DNA of 64,000 nt from the NCBI GenBank assembly GCA_963722255.1, contig CAVRJO010000001.1, positions 128,001 to 192,000 of the forward strand, given 5' to 3'. Shown here one piece after another: positions 63,262 through 64,000 of this stretch. This DNA comes from Candidatus Babeliales bacterium. Lineage in GTDB: Bacteria > Babelota > Babeliae > Babelales > JANWKD01. The translations under genes and the position numbers were made by a program. Under the pieces are notes generated by a model. It did not search any database, was not told the DNA's origin, and worked only from the letters and a program-made list of their open reading frames with translations. Each line of letters begins with the position of its first letter. Positions within the stretch are counted from its first letter, which is position 1.

Positions 63262-63288
63262 AAAAAAAGGCCCACCACTGTGAGCCTT
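63262..63288 (-). terminator. Intrinsic terminator used as the IIC intron target
   Basis: Minus strand aaggctcacagtggtgggcc-ttttttt-g|GTGCG. Confidence 0.8.
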
Positions 63289-63309
63289 CATATTTACTAT
63301 ACTGAGGTA

Positions 63310-63756
63310 TTACCAAAGACGACGATCTTTTATTCGCTGCAGTAAATCTTCAAAACGAGGTTTATAGTAGGTGTATGCACAGCAAATACCTACTAAAGCT
63401 GCCGGATACGCAACTAGTTTCGGAGTTTCTACAAAACTAGTTTTAATCCAAACGGCTGCTTTTAATGGAGCTTGGCGATCATAACGTGTACAATATAATG
63501 ACGTAGAGGCAAAAAATGTTAGGGTTGGTCCCCAGCCATTAAAGAATGACTGCGTATACTCTTGTATCGATCTGCTCAAGGTTCTTTTTGGAGCTGTTTC
63601 ATCATCATGCTGCATAGCACAAATGCTTGCACTCAGAGAAGATGCAATAAGAGCAATAACAACAAGCTTTTTAGATACTACAATAATCATGATTCTACTC
63701 CTTTTAATAAAAATAGTTATAATGCTCTTGTACGGTAACTCATTGTAACAAAACAA
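63310..63756 (-). CDS. Secreted/membrane hypothetical protein
   Basis: Signal peptide ending ICA-MQ (true start probably internal); C-terminal TM. Confidence 0.6.
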   Translation of the reverse strand: MFCYNELPYKSIITIFIKRSRIMIIVVSKKLVVIALIASSLSASICAMQHDDETAPKRTLSRSIQEYTQSFFNGWGPTLTFFASTSLYCTRYDRQAPLKAAVWIKTSFVETPKLVAYPAALVGICCAYTYYKPRFEDLLQRIKDRRLW

Positions 63757-64000
63757 TCAATCATCTCCCTTTTTTCGAGGCGATGATTTTTGATTTGGTG
63801 GAGATTTTCTCCCCTTTGAGTTCATTGCATCAGCACTATTTTTACGTTTAGTTTTCGATCGTTTTAATCCTTCTTCTTCATCTGATGAACTTGGCGATGA
63901 AACAGGCGAATGGGAAACTAATACAGGTGAAGTAGATTTTGGAAGAGGGCTTTGTCTTCTGGGTGAAGGCATTGCAATAGATCTCATTCGAAAAGAATCC
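63757..64000 (-). CDS. C-terminus of a Ser/Pro/Lys-rich protein (probably starts beyond the window)
   Basis: SP repeats, acidic patch and basic clusters KRSKTKRK, PRKK. Confidence 0.5.
   Translation of the reverse strand, partial: DSFRMRSIAMPSPRRQSPLPKSTSPVLVSHSPVSSPSSSDEEEGLKRSKTKRKNSADAMNSKGRKSPPNQKSSPRKKGDD

Overview
AT-rich bacterial chromosome segment. Its content (many signal-peptide hypotheticals, ankyrin/Sel1/WD40/kinase proteins, nucleoside and amino-acid transporters) suggests a host-dependent intracellular bacterium, plausibly Ca. Babelota/Dependentiae (TM6); this is inference only. Housekeeping genes (pheS, galU, ppsA, brnQ, nupC, prfA, rpmE, sppA, mreC, four tRNAs) flank a long accessory region (~17-57 kb). 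Mobile DNA includes several IS200-type elements, an IS5-type element, an IS1202-like element with a 17-bp target duplication, IS3 and IS4 internal fragments and a class IIC group II intron. Many single-base frameshifts suggest consensus indel errors. Two observations stand out. (1) A ~300-nt unannotated RNA gene at 10314-10614 (-) has the helix-2/pk1/pk4 architecture of tmRNA, but its tRNA-like domain is rebuilt (GAAA hairpins, no G3.U70, no CCA) and no normal tag ORF is visible; it has its own sigma70 promoter, boxA-like element and terminator. (2) A family of structured repeats is fused to the CCA end of every tRNA gene in the window and brackets a small GIY-YIG nuclease gene, suggesting a tRNA-associated REP-like element.
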